Assembly (NCBI GenBank): GCA_964016885.1
Contig: OZ024762.1
Coordinates: 7,068,001 to 7,132,000 of the forward strand
Direction of reading: 5' to 3'
DNA from: Eledone cirrhosa
Taxonomy: Eukaryota
DNA length: 64,000 bases
Shown: piece by piece, positions 38,775 to 52,693 of the stretch
How positions within the stretch are numbered: position 1 is the first letter of the stretch
Layout: the number at the start of each line of letters is the position of its first letter
The notes under the pieces: model-generated
What the model was told of the DNA's origin: nothing
What the model saw: only the letters and a program-made list of their open reading frames with translations
Databases searched by the model: none
Translations under genes and position numbers: made by a program

Positions 38775-39020
38775 TCATCATCATCATCATCATGCGGCAG
38801 GCAGCCTCAGCCGAGATCGACTCAACAATTGATCTCCACGTGGGTCTGTTGTTCATTGCCGTTGCCAAGTCCTGGATCTCAAGACCAGAATCTCTGGAGA
38901 TGACATCAGGGAAGGAGAGCTTGCGCCCCCTGTTATTAGTGACTGATTGTGGTTTCCAAAGCACTAATGGGGACACAGCCTCATAGGTGGCACGATGGCA
39001 GTGGCCAGCAAATCTTACTC
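38775..39020 (-). mobile_element. RTE/RTEX-like LINE 3' relic
   Basis: RFAGHCHRA..VSPLVLWKP...RGRKLSFPDVISRDSGL..LATAMNNRPTW followed by a (TGA)n tail. Confidence 0.65.
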
Positions 39021-39029
39021 TCCTTTTAT

Positions 39030-39350
39030 GTACATGGGTTGGACAGGCCCTTTTCAGCACAGTTTCTCTCCACTTTCCGTGGTCCTCATCTCCTCTGTGA
39101 GTCTCAGTGATTTGAGGTCAACTCTCACCACTTCTGCCCAGATCTTCCTTGTTCTACCTCTACTGCAGTTTCCCTCCACTCGGATTTTCTGGCACTTCTT
39201 CACCCAACAATCATCATCCATGCACATCACATGTCTGTACCAGTGCAGTCTTCTCTCCTGCACACCACTTCAGATTCTTCTTAAAACCCAGTTCATCCAA
39301 CCTCTGCCTTTCACATTTACATTGTTCATCCCATGATGTTGCTAGTTGAA
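39030..39350 (-). mobile_element. RTE LINE relic (sister subfamily B)
   Basis: QERRLHWYRHVMCMDDDCWVKKC...GRTRKIWAEVVRVDL. Related short ends at 52896-53045 and 19322-19430. Confidence 0.75.
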
Positions 39351-40244
39351 ATTAATATTTTTAAGTTAAGTAAAAATTTCTAAAAATGTGTACTTGTATA
39401 TAAGATGACACCCCACCCCATTTTTGCCCTTAAATTTAATTCAAAATTTCTTGTTTCATCATCACCATTTAATGTCTATTTTCCATGCTTGCATGGGTTA
39501 GACAAACTGTCACATACTGAAGCCATACCAGTCAGGTGACTAGGTCCTGCTTGTACACTGTTTTGCCTTGGTTCCTATGGCTAGATGCCCTTCCCTTTAC
39601 AGCATATACTGAGAGTATGGTTTCTACGGCTGGATCCTCTTAGCAGCATGTACTGGGAGCATTTTATCATGATTCCAGCACTACTACCTTACAGGGTAGA
39701 CAGGGTGCTTTTCATCAAGGCACCAGCACTAGCTCATCACAACATTAAGGTGCTCAGTGACCTTGGGTTCACTGGGGAGGCATTAGCTGGAGTTATGGGT
39801 TGGGGTACAGACATCACACTGCCAAGGTGGATGGGTAAGAGAAGTCAGGTCATTGAGGTACCCTTGAAGCAAGTGTCTGACATATTGTGGGGTGTACCTG
39901 GCCTCCTTTGGGGATGCTTGAGAAAATACAGTATTTCACAGCACCACTGGCCTTGTATGAATTAAACTAAAAGCTCTTTGTGGTTCTATAAAATTAGTTA
40001 GCTCTGAGTTTCACTATGTAATTAGCTTACATAACAAGAACAAAGATGTGCAGTTAATTATTACAATTTGGATTTTGAAAGAGATTCATGACTCTAATTA
40101 GTTTCCTTCTAGTTGCATCTAATTAGTAGTGTTATGGTCAAATGACCACTCGTTAGTAACCTGAATATTAATTTCTTCTGTTCCATCAATACTGAGAAAG
40201 AGGAATTGGTAATGGACTGAATATAATTAAGAGAGGCAGGAAAT

Positions 40245-40608
40245 TGAATTGGCAGAGTTATTAGAATGGAGTACAGAATGATCTGTTGTATTCATTCTAG
40301 TTCTCCACACTCCAAGTTCGAATCCCACTGTGGTCAGTTTGGCCTGTCGTCTTTTGCAGAGTTCCATAAATAAAGTACCTGTGTTGTACTGGGGTTGATT
40401 CTCCCATAATAATAATAATAATAATAATAACTGTTTCTACTTTTGGCACAAGGCCAGCAATTACCCAGTACATTATTGGTACTTTATTTTATCGACCCTG
40501 TAAAGATGAAAGGTAAAGTTTGCCTCGGCGGGATTTGAACTCAGACCGTAAAGAGGCGTAACTCTATGCTGCAAAGCATGGTGTCTGACGCTCTACCGAT
40601 ACTGGCAA
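40245..40608. mobile_element. tail-to-tail SINE family 2 copies (+ diverged 40245-40420; - 40430-40608)
   Basis: Aligns to the family sequence. Confidence 0.75.
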
Positions 40609-40639
40609 AATAATAATTGTTTCTGAAAGGAAGGGGAAA

Positions 40640-41180
40640 GCTGATTAAATGACTAAGAAATGTCAGCAGAAGGTCACCCAGGGGTCATGACCTGGATACA
40701 GCCTGGACATTCAAGGTTATGGTCAGTCAGATTATGAGGCAGCCATTGGTCCAGCTTGGATACCTGCCCTATTGCATGCCTCGATGCCCCAAGCGCTTTG
40801 GAAAGTTGATATAATGTCTGGCATGGGTTGGCTTCCACCAGATCACGTGGTTGTTTGTCGTTGAAGCTGGAGGAACATACGGCATGAAGTCAATCTTTAT
40901 GGCTGTCATCACTGGAATAGAAGCATGTGAACCAGTCCCTGGCACTGCGTTCAGTCATGGTGTTTGATCCAAATGCATTGTTAATGCGACAACTTTGATG
41001 CTGCTGCACTAAGGCCAGATTTGAAGTCACGAAGTAAACACCCACGAATGAACGATTTGGATAGATTCCTGTTGTTTTTCCCTTTGACAGTGAAACAGAA
41101 TATGAGAAATGAACATAGTGCATCCCAACATCACTTGTTGATATGTGCACATCCACAACCTTCAACATTTCCAAAAAATT
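40640..41180 (-). pseudogene. mariner transposase N-terminal (HTH) relic
   Basis: INNAFGSNTMTERSARDWF...DKQPRDLVEANPCQTLYQLSKAL resembles the Hsmar1/Mos1-type DNA-binding domain. Contains in-frame stops. Confidence 0.65.
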
Positions 41181-41316
41181 GAAAATACCTCCTTTTGAAA
41201 AATGGCAAGAATTTTAAACACTCTAAAAATACTTTCGTTTTTTTCTGACAAAAACCAAAGATTTTATGAAGTTAATAACAATTTGTATAACCAACTATTA
41301 ACAGATAGCATCACTG

Positions 41317-41360
<44 letters not shown>

Positions 41361-41506
41361 TGACTGGTTGTAAACAACGTATTGGAGATCGATTGACGCA
41401 GCATCAAGCGATTAGTGAACTCTAGACACATCTGATCAACGAAACAATTGTCAGCACTTTGAATAAAGCCCTTATTGTACAGCCAACCATGTTACTCTTC
41501 TTTCTT

Positions 41507-41570
<64 letters not shown>

Positions 41571-42029
41571 AACACACATATATATACACACACACACACA
41601 TATACATGTGCATGTATTCATCCCCCACATACAAGCACGTGCAAGTACATATGTAGGTGTGTATATGTGTGTCTCATTTTTGGATAGAAGTGAATTATTC
41701 ATACATATTTGACCGCAAGAGAACTAGATGGGTCTAATTATGAGAAACTAATGTTTTTAGGTTAAACAAGAGTGGTTCCTGCAACAAAAAAACATGCCTG
41801 TGGTTCATTTATCATCATTACCTATTGTTATAGCTGACTTTCGATCTCATACTCCTGCAGAACCTTCCACAGCAGGTCCTAGGGAATGTGGCCATATGTC
41901 ATTTCAGGGTCTACAAAACAAGAATATACCTCTTGGCAATACTCTCATAATTTATGCTGTGAAAATTGAGACACTCATCCTCTCAAGAAAGCCTGTGCAG
42001 TGAACTCTACATGTGAGTGGAGTTCCACT

Positions 42030-42645
42030 GAAGCAGGTGGAGAAGTTTTAGTATCACAGGGTTGTGTTCACGAGTGATGGAAGGCAGGAGGATGAATTAA
42101 GTGCAAGAATTGCACTATCTGGTGCAGCAATGTGCCAGCTTCAGCATTTGATAATCAGAAGGAGCGGAGTAGGTGTAAAAGCCAAACTCGCTGTCTTTAA
42201 TACAGTATTTGTGCCAACCTTTATGAATATTGAGTAATGACTGAAAGAATACAATCCCGAATACAAGGAGCTGAAATGGGATTCCTCCGAAGGGTCTTTG
42301 GAGTAATGTTACTCAATAGAGTGTGTAGCTCGGAGATCAGAGAGTCACTCCAGGTAGAGCTGCTACTTCTCTGAATTAAGAGATCACATCTCCGGTACTA
42401 TGGGAATGGGTTAGAATGTCTCAGGAAAGAATCGCTGTAAAAATTTTATGGGCAAAACCAACCGACAGGAGACGCAGGGGTAGACCTTGAGCAAGATGGT
42501 TGGATACATTCATAAGCTCAGCTTGTATCGCTTGGGGATCCAGCTGGATCAGTTGGAGAAAGTTGCTTCTGACAGGACCTGCTAGAAGGAGTCTTTGAGG
42601 TCTCTGTTCTCATGACCCTCTCAGGAATGAGTGGGCGAAAAAGAA
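42030..42645 (+). mobile_element. Rex3/Expander-like RTE relic
   Basis: VVFTSDGRQEDELSARI...KAKLAVFNTVFVPT...MTERIQSRIQGAEMGFLRRV...GRP, with stops and frameshifts. Confidence 0.75.
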
Positions 42646-42687
42646 GACCTATTATATATTGGGCATGACAGAGACAGACAGATGTCA

Positions 42688-43152
42688 CAGCAGCAGCAGC
42701 AGCAGAAACAGTAACAACAGCAGCAGTAACAACAGCAACATCAACATCAACAACAGCAGCAGTAACAACAGCAACAGCAGCAGTAACCACAGCAACAGCA
42801 GCAACAGCAGCAGCAACACATCAAATAGAAGAGTTCTGTTGAAAAGACAAACAAGATGAACTAGAACTGTTGCTGCTGTTGTTGTAGTTGTTGCTGTTGT
42901 TGTTGCTGCTGTTGTTGTAGATGTTGCTGTTGTTGTTGCTGCTGTAGTTGTAGTTGTTGCTGTTGTTGTAGATGTTGCTGTAGTTGTTGCTGCTATAGTT
43001 GTAGTTGTTGCTGTTGCTGCTGTAGTTGTAGTTGTTGCTGTTGTTGTTGTAGATGTTGCTGTTGTTGTTGCTGCTGTAGTTGTAGTTGTTGCTGTTGTTG
43101 TTGCTGCTGTAGTTGTAGTTGTTGTTGTTGCAGTTGTTACAGTTGTTGTTGT
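42688..43152. repeat. (CAG/CAA)n and (TTG/CTG)n tracts in opposite orientation
   Basis: Visible directly. Confidence 0.9.
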
Positions 43153-44105
43153 AAGTGTCCAGTATTGAAGAACTGTTCAGCTCTCTTTACATGTTTTAAC
43201 TGAATTAAGTTTGCTTTGGTTATTTCTCCTAGTAAAATATTCAACAGCAGAAAAAAATTAGCTGATTTGTCCATACAGTCTACGAGTGGTGCCATTATTC
43301 ACACATTTCAGGAAGTAGATTCCGGAAAGCTTCCAAAACATTAATCTTTTTGATATCAAACTACCTGAAACCCTACACTTCATTCTATGATACTAAGCTG
43401 TTTGCTTTAAATCTAGAGATGTGCAAGGGTAGATACAGCCCTTTTGGAACCAAACCCCTGACATCGTTCCTGGTTCTATGATACTAAGCTGTTAGTTTTA
43501 ATGTGTTTCTATTTATCAGGACAAAAAACAAAAACCACATCAATTTATCTAAAAATCTCTCATCATAATCTTATGTTATGTTCCAAACACTAGATTAATA
43601 ATGGTTTCTGATTTAGGCATAAGGCCAGCAATTTGGGGTGGAGAGAGAAATAATTAAATCAACCCCAGTGCATTACTGGTACTTTATTTTATCGACCCCG
43701 TAAGGGTGAAAGGTAAAGCTAACCATGGCGGGTTTTGAAACCAGAACGTAAAGGGACGTAACTCTATGCTGCAAAGCGTGCTGTTCAATCCATCACCATT
43801 ATAGATTAATACTAGATAAACACTAGATTAATAATGAGAAGGTTTATTATTGCTGGCCTTGTGCCAAAAATAGAAGCAATTATAACTGGTAGATCTTGAA
43901 GTATCCTGAAGTAAGCACTCAACATCCTGAAGCATCCCAGATTACATCTGGTGGTCCAGGCAGAATATATTCAGTGAAGAATAAGTATGCATAATGGGTT
44001 TTTACAACAATTTATTCAGAAATTTTCCATTACAAATGTTTTCCATTACACGGTTTGACGACAATACAGTGTATCAATCCAACCTCTTTAGTCAGTCTTC
44101 CAAAC

Positions 44106-44755
44106 ATTATTCTTATCCATTATTCTTATTAATGGCGGTGAATTGGCAGTATTGGTAGAGGGTCGGACGCCATGCTTTCCAGCATAGTTACGTCCCTTTA
44201 CGATCTGAGTTCAAATCCCGCCGAGGTTAACTTTGCCTTTCATCCTTACCGGGTCGATAAAATAAAGTACCAGTAATGTACTGGGTAATTGCTGGCCTTG
44301 TGCCAAAAGTAGAAACAATTATTCTTATCCATTATTCTTATTAATGGCGGTGAATTGGCAGTATCGGTAGAGGGTCGGACGCCATGCTTTCCAGCATAGT
44401 TACGTCCCTTTACGATCTGAGTTCAAATCCCGCCGAGGTTAACTTTGCCTTTCATCCTTACCGGGTCGATAAAATAAAGTACCAGTAATGTACTGGGTAA
44501 TTGCTGGCCTTGTGCCAAAAGTAGAAACAATTATTCTTATCCATTATTCTTATTAATGGCGGTGAATTGGCAGTATCGGTAGAGGGTCGGACGCCATGCT
44601 TTCCAGCATAGTTACGTCCCTTTACGATCTGAGTTCAAATCCCGCCGAGGTTAACTTTGCCTTTCATCCTTACCGGGTCGATAAAATAAAGTACCAGTAA
44701 TGCACTGGGTAATTGCTGGCCTTGTGCCTAAAGTAGAAACAATTATTCTTATCCA
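44106..44755 (+). mobile_element. head-to-tail trimer of SINE family 2 (212-bp period)
   Basis: Heads at 44134, 44346 and 44558. ATTATTCTTATCCA occurs at every junction and both ends. Confidence 0.95.
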
Positions 44756-45829
44756 CCCTTGGTTCTTTGGAGAACCTGGGGTGGAGAGATAGGGGAACTG
44801 ATAAAATTCAATCTCTCCTCTTTCAATATAGGGGAGCTGATTTCGTTTTATGTAAGAACCTTTCTTGAGTTATGTTCCAACACTAGATAAACATTGAGAA
44901 AGTTGATTATATTACTAAATACTTCCAAATTCTTGATCATTTATAAAATGATTTTACAATCATAGGCAGTGCCTTTCATTAGAAATATGGTAGCAAAAGG
45001 GTTTATAGTTCTCTACAAAAGCTTCCATCACAATTTTCTGTAAGACCCTTTAAGTTATGTTCCAAAGACCTGCTTAATAATGAGAATGTCAATTACAATA
45101 GTAAACATCAGCACTATCAGCTCTTTCTAAATACAGCAACATTGTTGAACAAACAAGACATGTTCCAATCTGTAATGATCTAATTAAGTTGACAGCTTGA
45201 TTGACCCACCAATAATTAATGAGATATATATACAGTATTTATGTGAAGCAATGTTAACATTAGAACTAGTTGTGTGTGCATGTGTATGCATGCGTGTGTG
45301 GATGTGAATGTGTATATATATATATGTGTGTGTTTATATTAAATACATATACATACATGAATCATCATCACTGCTTAATGTCCATTTTCCATGCTTGCTT
45401 GTGTTATGTATATATAAATATATTATTATATTATATATAGATACACACACACATATATATATCATATATACATATATATTATATATATATATATGTGTGT
45501 GGGTATATATATATATATATATATCTATATATATCTATATATGTATGTGTGTATGTATGTATGTGTGTAAATATCTTGGTTAAGAGAGTGGGACTGGTTT
45601 TGTGCAGTGCCTTTGCTCACTATAAAAGCTTCACGGCACAGGCATTTCTTTATATCTGGAGATCTCTCTGCACTTGTCATCACATGGTACCATAGGCCCA
45701 GCACTATGTGTCAATAATTGTCACAAGTGTAGTGTTTGTACCAGAGTTTTCAAGTCGTTGGCTGGACTAAAAAGTTACACTCGTTCAGCGCATCGTTAGG
45801 GGTTCTCCTACATGGATATAAAGTAGTGG

Positions 45830-46905
45830 CCGTACTCGAAAACGAGTTGGTGACACCGCTTCACAGCAGGGATGGCAAAGAACTTCTTCGTGACTCACAG
45901 GGAATTCTGCAAAAGTGGCATAATCACTTAGGTGAACTTTTGAATCAGCCGTCTGTCGTCAATGAAGATTTCCTCAATCTCATTTCCGAAAAACCTGTGA
46001 AAGTAGCTCTCATAGAACCACTGACGCTTAAGAAGGTTGCAGTAGCTTTCTCGAAGCTGAACAGTGTAAGGTCTCCAGGTATGGATGGCATACATGCAGA
46101 GCTTTTACAATATGGTGGTGAGAAACTTCCGCGACATCTTCACTTTTTGTTTGGCAGGATATGGGTTAGTGAATCCGTATCTAAGGGCAGGAGAGATGCA
46201 GCAATGGTGGTTTTGTACAAGAGAAGGGTAACAAGATTGATTGTGGGAACTATCGGGGTATGTCATTGCCTTCTGTCATTGGAAAAATTTTATGTAGGGT
46301 GTTTCTGGACCATCTGCTAACACGCATTGCAGATTATGTTCTTCCTGAAAGTCAATCTGGTTTTTGTGCTGGACGCAACACTTCTCATATGATCTTCCCA
46401 GCTAGACAGCTTCAGGAGAAGTGCATGGAACAAGGTTTGGATCTGTTTCAGGTTTTTGTTAATCTGAGAAAAGCTTTTGATACTATCAACAGAAATGCAT
46501 TGTGGAAGGTTCTCCAGAAACTTGATTGCCCTGATAAGTTCCTTGCTTTGGTTAGGTCTTTCCATGATGACATGAAATCTTGGGTTAATGTCAGAGGTAA
46601 CATGTCGGCGCCTACCTCAGTAAAAAATGGAGTGAAACAGGGGGATATTCCAGCACTGACCCTATTTGACATATACTTTGCAATGGTTTTCTATGTTGCA
46701 TTCAGGAATTGCGAGCATGGTGTTTACATCTACTATCGAACCTCTGGCAGAATATTTAACATCAAGTGCATTGCTGCAAAAACAAAAGTATTTACCTCAA
46801 TCATAAGAGACCTCATGTATGCAGATGATTGCAATCTTGTAGCGCACACAGAGAGTTATATGCAGCACATTTTGAATGCATTTTCTGATGCTTGCACAAG
46901 ATGCG
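45830..46905 (+). pseudogene. BovB-like RTE reverse transcriptase, frameshifted and truncated
   Basis: SPGMDGIHAELLQYGG, LPESQSGF, ARQLQEKC, NLRKAFD, GVKQG and YADD. Frameshift near 46225. Confidence 0.9.
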
Positions 46906-47414
46906 AGAGAGTCTAATTATGATAAGAGATGTGCTTTGCCAGGTTTAAAAAAAAATGCCCTACAAACGTCATATGTTAATGCACCACTTCTCCAATCCCT
47001 TTGGAGTTTCGGATCCATACATACAAGATTAGGAGGTCACGTGCTCCTGATTTATAATTTCTCACCAATTGAAACATGGCAGTTATTGTTATAATTGGTT
47101 TCACGTTTGCTTTATCTGGATGTTAGTTTTATTAGATTTTTTTATGGTTATCTTCTGATATTGGTAGAGACTCCATAGTTGTCTGCCCTTGTTTTCTGTG
47201 ATGTTCTCTATAGAGTTATGTTATCAGCTAATGTAGTCCTATCTAATTCTTACCCCCCCCCCCACATGCTCACTCTCACACATACTGATAAACAACACAC
47301 ACACACACACACACACACCACACCAAACACTCAGAGACATACAGACAACACACAAACAACACACACACACACACCACACCTAACACTCAGAGACATTCAG
47401 GCACTCATACAGAC

Positions 47415-47453
<39 letters not shown>

Positions 47454-47662
47454 CCTGAGTCCTGAAACAAATGTGTCCCTCCCACCCCAACCTCCAACAG
47501 CTGCTGTTAACATGTGGTTTATTACACAAATGTTAACACCAACATGGACATGTATGTAAGAGAGAGAGAGAGAGAGAGAATGATTACCAATTACAGGAGA
47601 GCTAGCTTAGGGATGGTGGAGATGATGCTGGCGGCAGGGGAGGTAACCAGGAAACAATGCTT

Positions 47663-47756
<94 letters not shown>

Positions 47757-47764
47757 GGTGTATT

Positions 47765-47809
<45 letters not shown>

Positions 47810-48077
47810 GTATATATAAATCATTAAAGCAGAAATACTACTGGTATTGAAAAAACAAAAGGCGCTTTCTTTTTGTTTTTGAATTTTTCTTTCTTTATCT
47901 GGTTGTTGGCTACATTCAAACACAAACTAACTAATGAAGCAAGACAGCCATAAACGAAAACCAACCAGCTTCAAACAATGAATTTCTCTGGCTCTTTTCT
48001 TAGCTTTATGTTGTTATATGTTGTTATCGGTGTCATTACTATTATTCTTATTATTAGTGTTGTTATCATCCTTGTTA

Positions 48078-48254
48078 CAGGTAAAATTCCGTTATAACAA
48101 ATACCATTATAACGAATTTTTCACTATAAATTATTTTCAATCCCCAGCCACACACTCGATGTGTTAGGTAGATCTCGTTATAAAGAATTTTTCGTTACAA
48201 CAAATTTGTTTTCTATACCCCGTGCGTGAATTTCGTTATAATGGAATTTCACTG
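48078..48254. mobile_element. pogo/Tigger-type MITE
   Basis: TA-CAGGTAAAATTCCGTTATAAC ... GTTATAATGGAATTTCACTG-TA. Confidence 0.7.
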
Positions 48255-48284
48255 TATTACTATTATTGTTATTATTATTATCAA

Positions 48285-48475
48285 GGGTGGTGAATTGGCA
48301 GTATCAGTAGAGGGTCGGATGTCATGCTTTCTAGCATAGTTACGTCTCTTTACGGTCTGAGTTCAAGTCCCGTCGAGGTTAACTTTGCCTTTCATCCTTA
48401 CGGGGTCGATAAAATAAAGTACCAGTAATGCACTGGGATAATTGCTGGCCTTGTGCCAAAAGTAGAAGCAATTAT
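48285..48475 (+). mobile_element. SINE family 2
   Basis: Aligns to the family sequence. Confidence 0.85.
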
Positions 48476-48509
48476 TATCATCATTATTATTTTGTGCATT
48501 ATCACTGCA

Positions 48510-49620
48510 CTACTGCGCACCTTGGGTATGTGCAAAGTGGGTGCTCGCTTTGCCAAAGTTGTCCACCCCCATCTCTGTTGTATGTATTGACTCTGAAGCC
48601 ACTACTATACAAATTGGAGACATTGAGAGGTATCCCACATAAACTAATAATGTCAGATATACTGAGTTGAGTGACACTGCTATTGAAGGATACCAAGTGA
48701 TAACAGGAGCAAAAGTTAACCAGAAACAGCCTGTGGGCCTGAAGCTTGACACCTGGAGAGGCAAGTCTACCAACATCTACTACCAACTGACCATCATACT
48801 TTGTCCTGATCCATGTCTCACCACATTCGAGCATTTGCTCTTTTGATTTTTGTAGAAGGGACACATGCCAATGGTCAGGCAGTCCATTTGCTGCCAACAC
48901 CTGCTGAGTGAACAGGTGCAGTCACTGTTTGCTAGACGCAATTTTCTACAGCTCTGTCAAGCAAGGCCCAAGTCGAAACACTTGGAAACTGGAATGTCTC
49001 CAAGCGCTAACAGCCCTCATCCAATTGGGCAGTAATATCGGTGGAAACTCCACCTTTAGATTTCTTTAGAAGTTTAGTGGTGGGTTAAAAACAACAACAT
49101 TCTTGTGGAGACTCTAGGGGTCAAAGAAAACCAACTAACCACTCTTTTACAGAGGACTTTCAGTCCAGGACCCATGGATAACTTCCAGAAATCCCTGGCA
49201 TGGCAGTACTACCAAGGAGCTTTGCCAGTTTGAGATAAACTCTACAGGTATGGAAGTACTGTCAGATGGGCCTGTCTGAGATTCACACAGGGTGGGAACA
49301 CCACCCTGCATGCACTCATCGAGTCTCTGAGTATTACTGACTTGTGGGTGATCATTCTGCCGTCTTCCTTTACAGGAGAAGGACAGGCAGTTTTTATCTG
49401 CCTGGTGTCCATGGCAAAAGAAGTCATGTAGTGGATGCGCTTGAAAGGGTTGCAGGCAAGCACTTTTTTCTTTGGTGAAGCCTAATTAACTTTTTCAGGT
49501 ATCACCTGAAAAGAAAAATCAAGGTGGCAAGGGAAATGCTGCCTTGCAATGAGTTTGCGAAAAGGTGGCTGAGAGAAGCGAGGATTGTTCAAGTGAATGG
49601 GCTTGCTCCGAGTATGAGCC
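48510..49620 (+). mobile_element. heavily decayed L1/Tx1-like LINE relic
   Basis: QSCPPPSLLYVLTLKPLL (cf. QGCPLSPLLYVLxLEPL) and TGAKVN. 3' extent uncertain. Confidence 0.5.
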
Positions 49621-50142
49621 TATAAATTGGAGGAGGACAACTGAGAGAGGGCACTTGCCCTAGCAGTCAAGGTTACCATGGCTTTTTGAGGGCTTTCTCC
49701 ATGAGTGACCCTTGGAGATATCATGAAGATGTGAATATAGGAGGGAAAGAAAAGAGGGTGGCAGACAGACAGATAGCAATATATATACATATATATTTCG
49801 CTTCTTCTTAATCTCTCTCTCTTTCTCTTTCTCTCTTTCTCTTTCTCTCTCTAACTGTTTCTTCTTTTTCTGGAAGAGTCATGGAGGGTTTGAGTCTTCA
49901 AACACTCCTTCCAGCAGGTCCTGTCAGAAGCAGCCATCTTCAATTGATCTGGCTGGATCTCCAAACAAGACCAGTCGAGCTCATACTGTTATGGAAAATT
50001 TCATGGAACAGTTAGTTGTAAATGTGTTTATAATACGTTTTAGTCAAAATAAAGCTGTGAAAGTAATATGTTGTTGGCTTTGGAGTAACAGAAACCAAAC
50101 TCAGCCAACTGGAAGATCAGACATGGATTCCAGTCTTCCACT

Positions 50143-50532
50143 GATGTTGTTCTTGTTGGTAATGATGTTGTTGTTGTTGTTGTCGTCGTTGTTGTTGTTG
50201 TTGTTGTTGTTGTTTTGGGTGATATTGTTGGTGTTGATGATTTTGTTGTTGCTGATGATGTTGTTGTTCTCATTGTTGTTCTTGTTGTTGGTAGTGTTGG
50301 TGGTGGTGTTGTTGTTCTTGTTGTTGGTAGTGTTGGTGGTGGTGTTGTTGTTCTTGTTGTTGGTAGTTTTGGTGTTGGTGGTGTTGTTGTTGTTGTTGTT
50401 GTTTTGGGTGATATTGTTGGTGTTAATGATTTTGTTGTTGCTGATGATGTTGTTGGTAGTGTTGGTGTTGTTGTTGTTGGTAGTGTTGTTGTTGTTGTTG
50501 GTGGTGTTGTTCTGGTTGTTGCTATTATTGTT
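50143..50532. repeat. (TTG)n compound tract
   Basis: Visible directly. Confidence 0.95.
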
Positions 50533-51104
50533 TAACTTTATATTCTGTGTTGTTATGTTACCACTGACCAATTTAACCATCCGGCCTATCTGGGGTCAAC
50601 ACTTCACAACAACCCTTGATGGTTTATGTTGTAATGTTACCACTGACCAATTTAACCATCCAGCCTATCTGGGATCAACACCTACTTCACAACCCTTGCT
50701 GGTTTATGTTGTTATTAAATCCAAATCCTATTGGATCACGCTCCACTTACACAGCTTGATAGATCCATCGTATGGATGGGGGGGGGGGGGTGAGTTAATT
50801 AAATCAGCCCTAATACATGACTGGTACTTATTTTATAAACACAAAAAAATGATGAAAAGCAAAGTTGACCTCAATGGGAATTGAACACATAACATAAGAG
50901 TTGCAATAAATATGACAAAGTACTTCATCTGATGCCAACACTTCCTGCTCCACCTTTTAATAATAATTTCTTTATTGACCACTTGGGCTGAAAACCTTGA
51001 GGACAATACAATAGACAAGGACAGTGATGACTTAAATATAGACTTGTAAAGAGGGGACAAAACATGGAAGATGAAATAACAGTTAACAAATAACAAACGT
51101 TTCT

Positions 51105-51490
51105 TCTTCCTCTTCTTTTCCCACTTATTCTTGGGAGGACCGTGGGGCCAGAATCTTCAAGCACACTTTCCAATGTGTCCTGTCAGAAGCAACTGTCTCT
51201 AATTGACCTGGCTGGCTCTCTAAGTGAAACCAGCCAAGCTCATGAATGTTATCCAACCATCTTGTTCTACCCCTGGGTCTCCTACCAGTTGGTTTTTCCC
51301 TATAAAATCTATCCAGCAATTTTTTTCATGAAATCTTCTAACCACATGCCCGTAATATTGCAGTTGTGATCTCTCAATTCATAGAAGTAGCAACCCTACT
51401 TGGAGTGACTCCGGGCCACACACTCTATCAAGCGATGTTACTCCAAAGAACCTTCGGAGGAACCCCACTTTGACCACTTGTAGTTGAGAT
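51105..51490 (-). mobile_element. Rex3/Expander-like RTE relic
   Basis: KPTGRRPRGRTRWLDNI..DRTHWK. Homologous to 42300-42645. Confidence 0.65.
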
Positions 51491-52535
51491 CAAGTTTATA
51501 GAGTTCCACCCTGGGGTAATTTAGAAACCCTACAGATCCAGGATCACCCCGATTCATAAGAATACCATAGGAAAAAGGTCCTTCTCCCTTCTGTCCTTTC
51601 CAGTCTACAAACACAACCTTAGAGCAGGCCCATTGACTCAGGTCATTCTTGCTACATTAACCCACATTTCAACAAATATACTGGAATGTGATTGTTGAGA
51701 AGACAACACTAACCAATCCACCCTCACTTTCCTTTGAAAAAAAAAAAGCTTACGTCCCTCATGTTTAATAACGATAATAGAAATATTTGGCTAAAAGCAA
51801 AGTTTTTTTTAATATTCTGTGATTATTTTATTCCTGGAAAATAAAAGACAAAAACCATAAAGAAAAAAAAAACGCTGAAAAAAAGAACATAAAAGAAAAG
51901 ACAAAACAAAAACAGCATAAAAGAATAAAAAATAATATTTATAGGAAATAGGAAATGTTATTGAAATCCAAAATACATTATTGAAAATTTTCAGATTTCA
52001 ATAAAATCTGGAATATTTCCAAAGTATTATATTGATTAGTTTGAATCTTAGTATTGAATATCTCTGAATTGAAGAAATATGATGTCTTTTCTTGTAGAAA
52101 GTCGACAACTAATAGAAAGCTAAGAGAATCTTAGACAGCAACATTGTTTCATATATATATATATATATATCTAAGTATGTATGTATACGTACATACATAT
52201 ATGTATACAGACGTACAGTATCATGTATATATATATATATATATATATATACATACATACATACATACAGGCACACATATATATATGTACGTATCAGTTT
52301 AGCGAATATTTATTATAACATTCGCTTTGTTCGTTTGTAAACAAATGGACAGCCTGATTTATGCCGTACGGTGTTAAGGCAACCACGTCACCTTTTTTAC
52401 ATTTAAGTAAGTTTTACATTTAAGTAAGTGCCGTACTAAGAGTGAGAAATGAAATTTCGTTTCATTCTATTCCAACTTATATATATATATACACCCATAC
52501 ATACATATATGGAAAAGTAGACATAAAATGCTGAT

Positions 52536-52566
<31 letters not shown>

Positions 52567-52582
52567 CCCTTTCCAAACTTAC

Positions 52583-52693
52583 CTGATGAACGACTTCTGT
52601 CCGAAACGTTGAAACCTCCTCCACTTCCATCAAGCATGAACCTAATATAACTGTCTAAAATTGCCTCCTGCGATTTTTTTTGTTCATTTTCAA
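52583..52693 (+). mobile_element. TA-embedded cassette with hammerhead-like core
   Basis: CTGATGA-ac gac ttct gtc c-GAAACGTT, between (TA)n tracts. Confidence 0.5.

Noticed and set aside
41428-41455. Hammerhead-like CTGATCA-ac-GAAACAATTGTC
   Set aside because: It has a core mismatch, no stem II and no convincing stem I, so it is at best a decayed relic.
48070-48086. TTACAG|GTAAAA recursive-splice-like site
   Set aside because: It is the TA TSD plus the TIR of a MITE.
49991-50884. 297-aa hydrophobic membrane-like ORF
   Set aside because: The Leu/Val run is a (TTG)n tract, and the C-terminus runs into a duplication and a SINE relic.
52098-52133. Possible terminal exon after TTTTCTTGTAG
   Set aside because: Acceptor only; all frames stop within 12 codons and there is no further evidence.
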